Part shown: positions 35,077 through 43,363 of the stretch, one piece after another | Layout of the letters: the number at the start of each line of letters is the position of its first letter | Position numbering within the stretch: position 1 is the first letter of the stretch | Virus record (IMG/VR): IMGVR_UViG_3300049924_000085 | Span: 1-43,363 of that record | From: a virus | Lineage: Duplodnaviria > Caudoviricetes | Strand: one strand, 5' to 3' | Length of the DNA stretch: 43,363 nucleotides | The notes under the pieces: generated by a model | Told to the model about the DNA's origin: nothing | What the model saw: the letters and a program-made list of their open reading frames with translations, nothing else | Database searches by the model: none | Translations under genes and position numbers: made by a program

Positions 35077-35903
35077 TGTTCGCCGCCGTTGCCAAGGCCG
35101 CCGCGCAAGCGGCGCCTCAGACCCTGAAGGGGAAGATCGACAACCTCTACGTGGACGCGGACGGCCTGTGCTACTTCTGCGCAGGCTCGTCCACCACGAC
35201 ACCGCAGCAGTCGCTGCTCAACGTGCAGGAGAAGCTGAAGGGCGTCGAGCAAGTGGCCGGGCAACGGGCGACCCTGGTGTGTACGGCAAGCGGCTCGCCG
35301 AAGGGCGGGCGCTATACCATCGCCACGGTCAAGCCGTACCAGGGCAACCGCGGGAAGGGGCCGAAGCCCGCGAACTGGGCCTTCCTACGTGACCGTATGC
35401 TGGCGGGCGAGTTCGGCAGGCCGATGCTCGTCGAGAAGCACGCGGAAGCTGACGACCTGTGCGCCTCGCTGGCCGGGCCCCGCACGGCGCTGCACTACCA
35501 GGACAAGGACTTCCGCATGATGCCCGGCTGGCACATCACGTGGAAGGACTACGCCATCGTGTTCGTCAGTGACCAGCAGTTCCGCGTGGATCATGATGGC
35601 CTGATCTACGGCGAGGCGTGGTTCTGGCACCAGATGCTGATGGGCGACGGCGCTGACAACATCCCGGGTATCCCGAAGCTGTTCGGCAAGCTGTGTGGCG
35701 AGAAGCGCGCCCGTGACTACCTCGCCGACGTGCATGATCGGCGGACCGCGCAGAAGCTGGTCGAGGCCGCGTACCGTGATCACTACGGGGACGACCTGTG
35801 GTGGCCGATGATGCGCGAGCAAGGCCAGCTTCTGTGGATGCGCCGCGAGCCGGATGACGCCCTGGACGTGCTGCATCACCCGTTCAAGGGGTACGAGGCA
35901 TGA
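35076..35903 (+). CDS. 5'-3' exonuclease (T7 gp6-like)
   Basis: 'VDADGL', 'KPYQGNR', 'EADD', 'DKDF', 'GDGADNIPG'. Confidence 0.92.
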   Translation: MFAAVAKAAAQAAPQTLKGKIDNLYVDADGLCYFCAGSSTTTPQQSLLNVQEKLKGVEQVAGQRATLVCTASGSPKGGRYTIATVKPYQGNRGKGPKPANWAFLRDRMLAGEFGRPMLVEKHAEADDLCASLAGPRTALHYQDKDFRMMPGWHITWKDYAIVFVSDQQFRVDHDGLIYGEAWFWHQMLMGDGADNIPGIPKLFGKLCGEKRARDYLADVHDRRTAQKLVEAAYRDHYGDDLWWPMMREQGQLLWMRREPDDALDVLHHPFKGYEA

Positions 35904-36298
35904 CAAGGCGCATGAAGGCGAGCGAGGTCGCGGACCTGCGGGCCCTCCTCCAAGCGCAGCAGGGCGACAAGTGCGCGGCCAGCGGCCAGCAGTTCTACGC
36001 CAAGATGCCGCTGGACCCCGTGCTGGACCATGACCACAAGACCGGCGCCATCCGTGGCGTCCTGACCAGGGGCGTGAACACGCTCCTAGGCAAGATCGAG
36101 AACGCCGCGCCGCGGGCCTGGGTCAAGCCCAAGGACCTACCCGCCGTGCTGCGTGGGCTCGCGGATTACCTGGAGTACGCCCCGTGCCCGGCACCCGGCG
36201 TCCTGCACCACACTTACCGGACCGCGACCGAGAAGATCGTGCGTACCAAGGTCCGCGCCAAGAAGCGCCGGGCCACAACCAAGAAAGCCGCATCATGA
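35900..36298 (+). CDS. endonuclease VII-like resolvase
   Basis: 'VLDHDHKTGAIRGVL.RG.N.LLGKIEN'. Confidence 0.88.
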   Translation: MTRRMKASEVADLRALLQAQQGDKCAASGQQFYAKMPLDPVLDHDHKTGAIRGVLTRGVNTLLGKIENAAPRAWVKPKDLPAVLRGLADYLEYAPCPAPGVLHHTYRTATEKIVRTKVRAKKRRATTKKAAS

Positions 36299-36447
36299 AG
36301 CGCACCCTATCCCTCCTCGCAGTGACCCCGCTGCTACCGTTCGTCGCCGTGGGTTTCTGCGCCACGCTCGTGTACGGCAGCATCGTCATCGGCGCCCAGG
36401 CCGCCATCGACTTCGTGGACCTGATGTCCGGGTGGGCGCGCTCATGA
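36295..36447 (+). CDS. 50-aa membrane protein
   Basis: Hydrophobic; ATGA overlaps at both ends. Confidence 0.55.
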   Translation: MKRTLSLLAVTPLLPFVAVGFCATLVYGSIVIGAQAAIDFVDLMSGWARS

Positions 36448-37178
36448 GCCGCAAGATTGTCACCCTGGACCTGGAGACGGCGCCGCGTGTTGCCACGATC
36501 TGGCGCCCCGGCCAGCAGTACGTTGGCGTGGACCAACTCCTGAAGGATAGCGCGATCCTGTCAGCCGCAGTCAAGGTCTACGGCAAGAAGACGGAGTACC
36601 TCTGCACACATGACACCAACCCGGACAGCCTGCGGGATGACTACGCCCTGGTCGGCTGGCTGTACGAGAAGCTGTACGACGCGGACTTGATCATCGCCCA
36701 CAACGGTGTGCGCTTTGACCTGCCGATCATCCGTGAGCGCATGGCCTCCCACGGCTACCCGGCGTTCCGCATGGCCCGCTGCCATGACACCTACATCATG
36801 TACGGCAAGGTCATGATGGGTGCGTCCGGCAAGCTGGCGTGGCTCAGCCAGAAGTTCAGTCAACTGGAGAAGTCCAGCCACGCGAAGTTCAGCGGCAACA
36901 AGCTGTGGGACTCGTATCTGGCGGGCGATCCGGAGGCGCTGAAGGAGATGCGAGAGTACAACATCCGAGACGTGGAAGCCACCGAGCAAGTCTGGGAGAC
37001 ACTGGTCCCGTGGTGGACCGTGCAGCGCCCGATGATCACGGACGGCGAGCACTGCCCAGTCTGCGGCGAACATGACCTGAGCCCGGCGGGCACCGTCCAA
37101 CCCGGCCAAGTAAAGACGTACCGTATGCACGAGTGCGGTACCTGCGGCAGCTTCAGCCGGGAGAGCGCGAGTGTCTGA
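36444..37178 (+). CDS. RNase H-like (DnaQ/PolB-type) 3'-5' exonuclease with C-terminal Zn ribbon
   Basis: 'LDLET', 'AHNGVRFDLP', 'YNIRDV', CPVC...CGTC. Confidence 0.88.
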   Translation: MSRKIVTLDLETAPRVATIWRPGQQYVGVDQLLKDSAILSAAVKVYGKKTEYLCTHDTNPDSLRDDYALVGWLYEKLYDADLIIAHNGVRFDLPIIRERMASHGYPAFRMARCHDTYIMYGKVMMGASGKLAWLSQKFSQLEKSSHAKFSGNKLWDSYLAGDPEALKEMREYNIRDVEATEQVWETLVPWWTVQRPMITDGEHCPVCGEHDLSPAGTVQPGQVKTYRMHECGTCGSFSRESASV

Positions 37179-37629
37179 GGGCAAGAAGTCCGACTCCGGC
37201 AAGATGCGCTGGCGCCTGCTCATGCAGGGTTGCCGGCTCGCCATCACCGGGGCCCTGCGGGTCCTAGAGATGGGGGCCTCCAAGTACGGCGAGAACAATT
37301 GGCAGGGAGTCGAAGCGCACCGCTACATCGACGCCCTATTCCGCCACATGGATGCGATCCTGGAGCGAGGTCTCTTGGCCAGGGACGACGAGTCCGGAGA
37401 ACTGCACGCTCACCATGTCACAACCAACGCCCTTTTCCTCGCCCACCACGCCGAGCAGGCAGCCGCTGTGGCAACCCGGACTAGCTCTGTATCTGACCTC
37501 CTGCCTAGTGACGGCGACCGAGTACAACAGCCCTTCTCAGATGCGCGCCCTTATGGCGAGTATCCGTTCCCTCATGGATACGTACCCCGCGGAAAAGCGG
37601 GTGGCGTTCCTGTCGAGGATCGCGGCTGA
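37171..37629 (+). CDS. dATP/dGTP diphosphohydrolase domain protein (DUF5664)
   Basis: 'GKKSDSGK.R', 'GASKYGENNW', 'DALFRH', 'DDESG.LH..H...NALFL'. Confidence 0.85.
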   Translation: MSEGKKSDSGKMRWRLLMQGCRLAITGALRVLEMGASKYGENNWQGVEAHRYIDALFRHMDAILERGLLARDDESGELHAHHVTTNALFLAHHAEQAAAVATRTSSVSDLLPSDGDRVQQPFSDARPYGEYPFPHGYVPRGKAGGVPVEDRG

Positions 37630-37831
37630 CGTTATCCGGACTGACAGCCAGGTGGATGTGATGCGCAAGGTCACTCGCCACCTGGGCGACCTAGGGATGA
37701 GCCCGCGGCCTGAGTGGCAGGAGTACCTGGAGGGTGGCTGCACGGAGAGCGAGTGCAGACTGTGCCGCACCCCGGTCAACCTGCGAAAGCGCGGGCAGTT
37801 CCATGCGGGGATCAGCGGGCGGAAGCCATGA
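37541..37831 (+). CDS. hypothetical protein (start uncertain)
   Basis: Stop overlaps the RNAP ATG; CxxC near the C-terminus. Confidence 0.5.
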   Translation: MRALMASIRSLMDTYPAEKRVAFLSRIAADVIRTDSQVDVMRKVTRHLGDLGMSPRPEWQEYLEGGCTESECRLCRTPVNLRKRGQFHAGISGRKP

Positions 37832-40221
37832 ACCAGCTTGACCTGGAGGAGCGAGTCATCGGTGAGGGCGTCGAGAAGCGCCTCGCTGAGATGAAGGCCC
37901 GGGAGGAGAAGGGGCGAGCCGGTGATGGCCCGTACTCCAACCGCCTGTACCGGGAGTTCGTCCTGCCCGTGGCCGAGGCGCTGAAAGCGGCCATCAAGAA
38001 GCCCGGCCGCGGCGCTAAGTTCACCAACGTCTGCGCCCCGGTGGGCGCCGAGGTCTGCGCGTACACGGCGGTGCGCGTGGCCCTGACCGAACTGATGCAG
38101 CACGGCGTGTGGGATAACCGCAGGCTGGCCTACGCCATCGGCAAGATGGTGTACAGCGAGGCGGCTCTGAGCGGCCTGCACGGGACCAACCCGGAACTGC
38201 TGTGGATGCTGACCCGGGACATGGATCGTCGGGGCTCAGTGCAGGAGACAGCGCGGTGCGCTACGCTGCTCCGGGCCGCCCGCAACGCCGGGATCGACGT
38301 GCCCAAGTGGGACAAGCTGACCATCGAGGGCGTCGGCAACTCCCTGTACTGGCTGCTGCTCCAAGCCGGGTTCCTGGTGGAGGGCGCAGGCATCTATCAG
38401 CACGGCAAGATGCAGTACCGCGAGGTCATGCTCAGCGAGCCGGTGATGGACTGCATCGCCAACATCAAGGGCTTCGTGTCCGAGAGCACGCCGCTGACGT
38501 GCCCGACCATCGAGCCGCCCCGCCCGTGGTCGGCGCTCAACGAAGGAGGCTTTCATGGCGCGATGCGAAGGGCAGTACCGTTCGCTGTCAGCACGACGCC
38601 CGCTGCCCGGCCACTCATGCGGGAAGCGGCCATGCCCACGTTCTACGCCGCCATCAACCACTTGCAGGCCACCCCGTACCGGGTCAACCAGCGGGTCATG
38701 GAAGTCGCTCATCGCTTCGTGGCTGACCAGCGACCGGTCGGAGAGTACCTTGGCAACGTGGTTGGCGACAAACCTGTGCGTGCCGCTTGGTTCGACACCG
38801 AGAAGGACAACTGGGATGCCCGCCAGCACGACGAGTTCAACCAGTGGAAGGCCGAGGCCCGTGACTGGTACACCCGCCGGAAGCTGAACCGCGAGTCCTT
38901 CGGCCGCGTGTACACGGCGCTGCGGCAGGCCCGCGAGTTCGCCGAGTTCAAGTCGATCTACTTCGTCCACTTCGCGGACACCCGGGGCCGCCTGTACTGC
39001 GTCGGCTCGGGGCTCAGCACCCAGGGCACGGACTTGCAGAAGGCCCTGCTGGAGTTCGCGGACGGCAAGGTATCCACCGGGCCCGAATCTGATGCTTGGT
39101 TCCTGCGCCACGGGGCGAACTGCTACGGCGTGGATAAGGTATCCAGGCTCGACCAACTCAAGTGGGTGAAGGATCACCATGACGCCATACTGGGATGCGC
39201 CAGCGACCCCTTGGATGCGGAGTTCTGGCGCGGCGCCGACAGCCCGTTCCGGTTCCTGGCTTGGTGCTTCGAGTACGCTGACTTCCGGCGGGACGGCCGG
39301 ACCCCACTCCGGGTCCCCATCGGGATGGATGGAACCTGCAACGGGCTTCAGCACTTCGCTGCCTTACTCCGCGACCCGCTCGGCGCCCGCGCCGTCAACC
39401 TTCTACCCGCCGAGCGCCCGCAGGACGTGTACACGGAAGTCGCCCTAGCCACCCTGCACCGCATCGAGCGGGCCCCGGCGGACGAGCACGGATACCGCTT
39501 GGGCTGGCTGACCATCGGCATTGCCCGCGCCGTCATGAAGCGGCCAGTCATGACTACGCCCTACGGGGTGACTCGACGAACCGCCACTGCTTACATCGCG
39601 GATGACTACCTGGGTTCCCTGCCGGATGCGCCCTGGCCCCGTCGCCGTCACATCGACGCTGCGAACTGGCTGATGGATCACGGCTGGCCCGCCATCGGCG
39701 ACGTGGTGGTCAGCGCCCGGAAGGGCATGGACTGGCTCTCTCGCGCCGCTCGCAAGGCCATCGCAGCCAAGGGCGGGGTGGTCCTGGAGTGGCGTACCCC
39801 GAGCGGGTTCCGGGCGCACCAGAGCTACGCCACGCTGGACACCGTGCGTATTGACACGATGGTGTATGGCCACCGGCAGATCAGGGTGGGCATCGAGCAG
39901 GACACCCCGGACCTAGCCCGGCACAAGGCCGGCATGGCGCCGAACTTCGTTCACTCGATGGACGCGGCGCACTTGCACCGGACCACCGCCCGCTGTGCCG
40001 CCGAGGGCATCAGCGTGATGATGATCCACGATGACTACTCGACGCACGCCGCGGACTGCCCAAGGCTGGCCGTGATCCTACGCGAGGAGTTCGTCAGCAT
40101 GTACCAGGAACGCGACCCGCTGGCCGAGTTCTTCGAGGACCACCCGGTCGCAGGGCCACCGCCCGAGCGTGGCTCCTTAGACATTTCCGTAGTAAAGGAC
40201 TCCCTTTACTTCTTCAATTGA
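37828..40221 (+). CDS. single-subunit DNA-directed RNA polymerase
   Basis: 'DTRGRLY', 'DGTCNGLQH', 'RAVMKRPVMTTPYG', 'PNFVHSMDA', 'IHDDY'. Confidence 0.97.
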   Translation: MNQLDLEERVIGEGVEKRLAEMKAREEKGRAGDGPYSNRLYREFVLPVAEALKAAIKKPGRGAKFTNVCAPVGAEVCAYTAVRVALTELMQHGVWDNRRLAYAIGKMVYSEAALSGLHGTNPELLWMLTRDMDRRGSVQETARCATLLRAARNAGIDVPKWDKLTIEGVGNSLYWLLLQAGFLVEGAGIYQHGKMQYREVMLSEPVMDCIANIKGFVSESTPLTCPTIEPPRPWSALNEGGFHGAMRRAVPFAVSTTPAARPLMREAAMPTFYAAINHLQATPYRVNQRVMEVAHRFVADQRPVGEYLGNVVGDKPVRAAWFDTEKDNWDARQHDEFNQWKAEARDWYTRRKLNRESFGRVYTALRQAREFAEFKSIYFVHFADTRGRLYCVGSGLSTQGTDLQKALLEFADGKVSTGPESDAWFLRHGANCYGVDKVSRLDQLKWVKDHHDAILGCASDPLDAEFWRGADSPFRFLAWCFEYADFRRDGRTPLRVPIGMDGTCNGLQHFAALLRDPLGARAVNLLPAERPQDVYTEVALATLHRIERAPADEHGYRLGWLTIGIARAVMKRPVMTTPYGVTRRTATAYIADDYLGSLPDAPWPRRRHIDAANWLMDHGWPAIGDVVVSARKGMDWLSRAARKAIAAKGGVVLEWRTPSGFRAHQSYATLDTVRIDTMVYGHRQIRVGIEQDTPDLARHKAGMAPNFVHSMDAAHLHRTTARCAAEGISVMMIHDDYSTHAADCPRLAVILREEFVSMYQERDPLAEFFEDHPVAGPPPERGSLDISVVKDSLYFFN

Positions 40222-40227
40222 ATCTAA

Positions 40228-40246
40228 GCTGACGAGTCTGTAGGAC
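40228..40246 (+). promoter_or_regulatory. putative phage RNAP late promoter
   Basis: GCTGACGAGTCTGTAGGAC immediately after the RNAP stop, at the head of the structural operon. Confidence 0.75.
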
Positions 40247-40271
40247 CGGTCGGCATCCAAGGAGCCCAGAC

Positions 40272-40472
40272 ATGGCAACTGCCCCGAATGATCCTCCGGT
40301 CGGCGGAGAGAAGGTCAAGTTCCGGATGACCCGTGAGGACTACTTCACCTTTGAGTCCAAGCTGACGCCTCCGGCGGTCATCGACACCACGTCCCCAATC
40401 AATGCCGGCTTCAAGCTCGGCGTACAGCACGTCCTCGCCTTGCTCCGCAAGGACTACGTGCAGGGGTTGTGA
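40272..40472 (+). CDS. conserved small protein after RNAP
   Basis: AAGGAG RBS; 'GFKLGVQHVL..LR'. Confidence 0.75.
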   Translation: MATAPNDPPVGGEKVKFRMTREDYFTFESKLTPPAVIDTTSPINAGFKLGVQHVLALLRKDYVQGL

Positions 40473-40473
40473 C

Positions 40474-41418
40474 ATGACGACCTTCCGCGGTGTAGCTCCG
40501 CTGGACCCGGCTGACCCGCAGTACGCCCTGGGCTACCGGTACATGGTCGCCACGGCGTCCGTGACCATCGGTGCCGGGGTGATCACCGACCTGAACGCCC
40601 AGGTAGGCGGCGGGCTCGAAGACGAGGACGTGACCCTGGACTCGGTGGTGTTCACCGCGGCTCGGTCCACGGCGGATGGCGAAGCCGAGTCCGATGTGCT
40701 CGACACCCAGACGCCGGGCTCGACAGAGCAGGCGGACTTCGAGGCGGTCATCGTCGGAGAGACGGAGGGCCGCAGGCTCGTCCACTTCGACAAGGACCTG
40801 ACCCCCGCCGGCAGCCCAGGCGCCCTGCCGTTCCACTTCGTTCACTACGGCGTGGTCGGTGACGTGTTCACCACCGGCGGCCCGGTCGAGCAGGACGATG
40901 GCCCGCTGACAGGCCCTGGCGGCTTGCAGGCCAAGTACTACTCCAACACCAGCCACACCGGCCTGCCCGCCTTCGAGGCGGTCGAGAACGTGGAAATTGA
41001 ACGGGGCGAGCAAGTCAGCACGCTCAACATGGAGAAGTACAGCGCCCGGTGGGTAGGCTACGTCCGGCCGGCACTCAGCGGCAACTACCGCTTCCGTCTC
41101 GTCAGCGACGGCCGCGGTCGCGTGACCCTGGGTGACAACGTGTACATCGATGACTGGGGCAGCAACAAGAAGCGCAGTAGCACCGGCCCGGTAAAGGCGC
41201 TCGTGGCCGGCGAGGACACGTTCCTCAAGGTAGAGACGGCGAACCCCACCCTCGGGTGGGAATGCACCCTGTACTGGGAAACACCGGACGCGCCGGGCAT
41301 CTTCACCATCGTGCCGGTCAGCGTGCTGTACTACGGCGCGAACGTGTCCATCACTTCGCCTCGCCAGCAAGGGGCCCGGCACTACGTGGCGTCAGTCAAC
41401 CGTTACCTGGAGGCATGA
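40474..41418 (+). CDS. PA14-domain protein (putative carbohydrate-binding virion protein)
   Basis: 'GLQAKYYSN', 'YSARWVGYVRP..SGNYRFRLVSDG', 'IDDW', 'LYWETP', 'IVP...LY'. Confidence 0.8.
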   Translation: MTTFRGVAPLDPADPQYALGYRYMVATASVTIGAGVITDLNAQVGGGLEDEDVTLDSVVFTAARSTADGEAESDVLDTQTPGSTEQADFEAVIVGETEGRRLVHFDKDLTPAGSPGALPFHFVHYGVVGDVFTTGGPVEQDDGPLTGPGGLQAKYYSNTSHTGLPAFEAVENVEIERGEQVSTLNMEKYSARWVGYVRPALSGNYRFRLVSDGRGRVTLGDNVYIDDWGSNKKRSSTGPVKALVAGEDTFLKVETANPTLGWECTLYWETPDAPGIFTIVPVSVLYYGANVSITSPRQQGARHYVASVNRYLEA

Positions 41419-41729
41419 TGGGAATGCTCAGTGGACTCTCGGGCGGCAACGCAGCCCGCGAAGCGCGGGCCCAAGCGGCGGCGCTGAAGAAGAAGCAGTG
41501 GGATGAGACGGAAATGTTCCGGCTCCAGACCGAAGCGACGAACGCCAGCCGCTTGGACCTGTTCGCCAAGGACCTACTCAGCCAGCAGGCCGAGAAGCAA
41601 GCCCTGGACCAACTCAACACGCCCGGGGCGACGATCCTCCTGGGTGAAACCGAGGGCGGTGATCCCGACCTCGCTCGTCAGCGGCGTGCCGGGTTCTTCG
41701 CCCAGAACACGTCCGCCACGGCGGTCTAG
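41415..41729 (+). CDS. small virion assembly protein (gp7.3 position)
   Basis: GGAGG RBS; 'MG' start region; basic C-terminus; immediately before the portal gene. Confidence 0.65.
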   Translation: MMGMLSGLSGGNAAREARAQAAALKKKQWDETEMFRLQTEATNASRLDLFAKDLLSQQAEKQALDQLNTPGATILLGETEGGDPDLARQRRAGFFAQNTSATAV

Positions 41730-41737
41730 GAGGAACG

Positions 41738-43297
41738 ATGACGCCAACGCAAGCCGGGGTAGCCGCCCCGGAACCCAAGATGGACGCGCAGTCCACATGG
41801 AACCGGCTGAACGATGGCCGGGCATCCATGATGCGCCGGATGGAGAAGCTGTCCGCCTACACCCTGCCACACCTGTTGCTGCCGGATGGGTGGGAAGCCA
41901 ATCAGGATGGCATCGCGCACGACTTCCAGTCGTTCGGCGCGCAAGCCGTGAACCACCTTGCGACCAAGCTGATGCTCAGCATGTTCGCCCCGACCCGGCC
42001 GTTCATGCGCCTGGACCCGACGCCTGCGCTGAAGGCTCTGGCAAAAGCCTCGGACTTCCCGGTCGAAGACCTGGAGAACCTGCTGGCCCAAGGCGAGCGC
42101 GAGGCGATCAAGGAACTGGACAGCATGGCCGCCCGGCCGAAGCTGTTCGACCTGTTCAAGAACCTGATCGTGCTCGGCAATAGCGTGCTGATCCTGCCGG
42201 AGGACGCAGAGGGCGAGGAGCCGCGGGTCATCGGCCTGCGCCGCTTCTGCGTGAAGCGCAGCCTGGACGGCAAGCTGCACACGCTGATCATCCGCGAGCA
42301 AGTCAAGAAGGACGAACTGTCCGAGGAAGCTCAGGCACTCGTCCCGAAGAAGGACGGCCACTCGCCAGTCGAGTACTTCATCATGGTCCGCCGCGACGGC
42401 GCCGACAAGTACTGCGTCACGCACTGGGTCGATGACCAGCAAATGGCGGACAAGAAGAAGGACTACCCGAGCGTGGACCTGCCGTACCGGGTCATCGCCT
42501 GGAACCTCGCGGACTACGCCGACTACGGCACGGGCCTGTGCGAGGAGTACATGGGCACCCTGGCCGCGCTCTCGACGGTCAGCGCAGCGGCGATCAAGTC
42601 CGCCGTGCTGGCGTCCGAGTTCCGCTGGCTGGCGAACCCGGCCGGCATGACGCGGCCAGAGGACTTCAACGATAGCGAGAACGGGCAGTGCCTGCCGGGC
42701 GTCGAGGGCGACCTCTCCCTGGTGCAGGCGGCGGCCGAAGTGGCGAACGCCCTGGGCGTGCAGCGCCAGCTTGCGCAGGACTACAGCAACGTCCTGGGCC
42801 GCGGCTTCCTGATGGCCGGCGCGGTGACGCGGGACGCCGAGCGCGTGACGGCGGAAGAAATCCGCATGATCGCACAGGAACTGGAGACTGGCCTGGGAGG
42901 CGCTTACAGCCGGCTGGCCGTGGACGTGCAGCTTCCTCTGGGCCGCTACCTGCTGCGCAGGGTCAAGCTCCAACTGAAGGGCAACCAGATCAAGCCGACC
43001 ATCGTGACCGGGCTCGACGCCCTGTCCCGCAACGGCGACCTGGAGGCGCTGAAGGCGTACATCAGCGACGTGGCACAGATCACCGCGCTGCCGCCGGAAG
43101 TGCTGCGCTACCTGCCCATGTCCGTGATCCTGAAAGACCTCGCCACAGGGCGCGGCCTAGACGGCAAGAAGTACAGCAACGACGAGGCCACCGCGGCGGC
43201 TTCGCAGAAGCAACAGGACTCCCGGCAAGTCGCCGTGGAGACAGCAACCGCAGCCGGCGCCGCGCAAGCGAAGGCCGCTGCTGAAGGAGGTCAGTGA
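41738..43297 (+). CDS. portal (head-tail connector) protein
   Basis: 'QSFGAQAVNHLATKL', 'YGTGL.EEY', 'RDAERVTAEEIR', 'LGGAYSRL', 'TGLDALSR'. Confidence 0.96.
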   Translation: MTPTQAGVAAPEPKMDAQSTWNRLNDGRASMMRRMEKLSAYTLPHLLLPDGWEANQDGIAHDFQSFGAQAVNHLATKLMLSMFAPTRPFMRLDPTPALKALAKASDFPVEDLENLLAQGEREAIKELDSMAARPKLFDLFKNLIVLGNSVLILPEDAEGEEPRVIGLRRFCVKRSLDGKLHTLIIREQVKKDELSEEAQALVPKKDGHSPVEYFIMVRRDGADKYCVTHWVDDQQMADKKKDYPSVDLPYRVIAWNLADYADYGTGLCEEYMGTLAALSTVSAAAIKSAVLASEFRWLANPAGMTRPEDFNDSENGQCLPGVEGDLSLVQAAAEVANALGVQRQLAQDYSNVLGRGFLMAGAVTRDAERVTAEEIRMIAQELETGLGGAYSRLAVDVQLPLGRYLLRRVKLQLKGNQIKPTIVTGLDALSRNGDLEALKAYISDVAQITALPPEVLRYLPMSVILKDLATGRGLDGKKYSNDEATAAASQKQQDSRQVAVETATAAGAAQAKAAAEGGQ

Positions 43298-43363
43298 TGC
43301 CCGACAATCTGCCCGGCCAGCCCGGTGGCGTAGCCGCACCGGCTCCCGCCCCTGCGCCGGCAC
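43297..43363 (+). CDS. scaffolding protein N-terminus (3' partial)
   Basis: AAGGAGG RBS; TGATG overlap; MPDNLPGQPGGVAAPAPAPAPA runs off the contig. Confidence 0.75.
   Translation, partial: MPDNLPGQPGGVAAPAPAPAPA

Noticed and set aside
37171-37629. 2-aminoadenine (Z) genome
   Set aside because: No PurZ or DatZ-like gene recognised; DUF5664 alone is insufficient.
22-42973. Long minus-strand ORFs (e.g. 22-1305, 11886-13571, 31953-33158, 41726-42973)
   Set aside because: Antisense shadows of GC-rich, codon-biased + strand genes, with no recognisable motifs.
43297-43363. Direct circular join to position 1
   Set aside because: Joining the ends shifts the frame and hits a stop; there is no terminal overlap and the break falls in a Pro-Ala repeat, so sequence is missing.

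Overview
This window is a near-complete genome of a lytic, GC-rich T7-like podophage (Autographiviridae) with phiKMV-type organisation: the single-subunit RNA polymerase sits at the end of the replication module. All credible genes are on the + strand. The contig is permuted and broken inside the scaffold gene (N-terminus at 43297-43363, C-terminus at 1-438; the ends do not join in frame, so sequence is missing). The physical genome ends probably lie near 22.9-23.2 kb. Order from there: host sigma70 promoters and a long structured leader; small early genes; primase, helicase, DNA polymerase A, SSB-like protein, exonuclease, endonuclease VII, RNase H-like exonuclease, DUF5664, RNAP; then PA14 protein, portal, scaffold, capsid, tail tubes A/B, cupin, three internal virion proteins, holin, terminases, GNAT, and a cluster of small spike/fibre-like genes interleaved with endolysin and spanins. 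Most unusual: (1) a ~330-nt, almost fully paired, pseudoknotted leader ending in an RNase III-like stem; (2) no recognisable T7 gp17 tail fibre, but many adhesin-like modules instead; (3) a perfect phage-promoter copy inside the gp16-like gene just upstream of an HExxH domain; (4) a 23-nt exact, in-frame repeat shared by the terminase and a small early gene; (5) a stand-alone PDZ lipoprotein and a miniature gp0.7-like kinase. All family assignments come from motif recognition by eye; no searches or folding programs were run.
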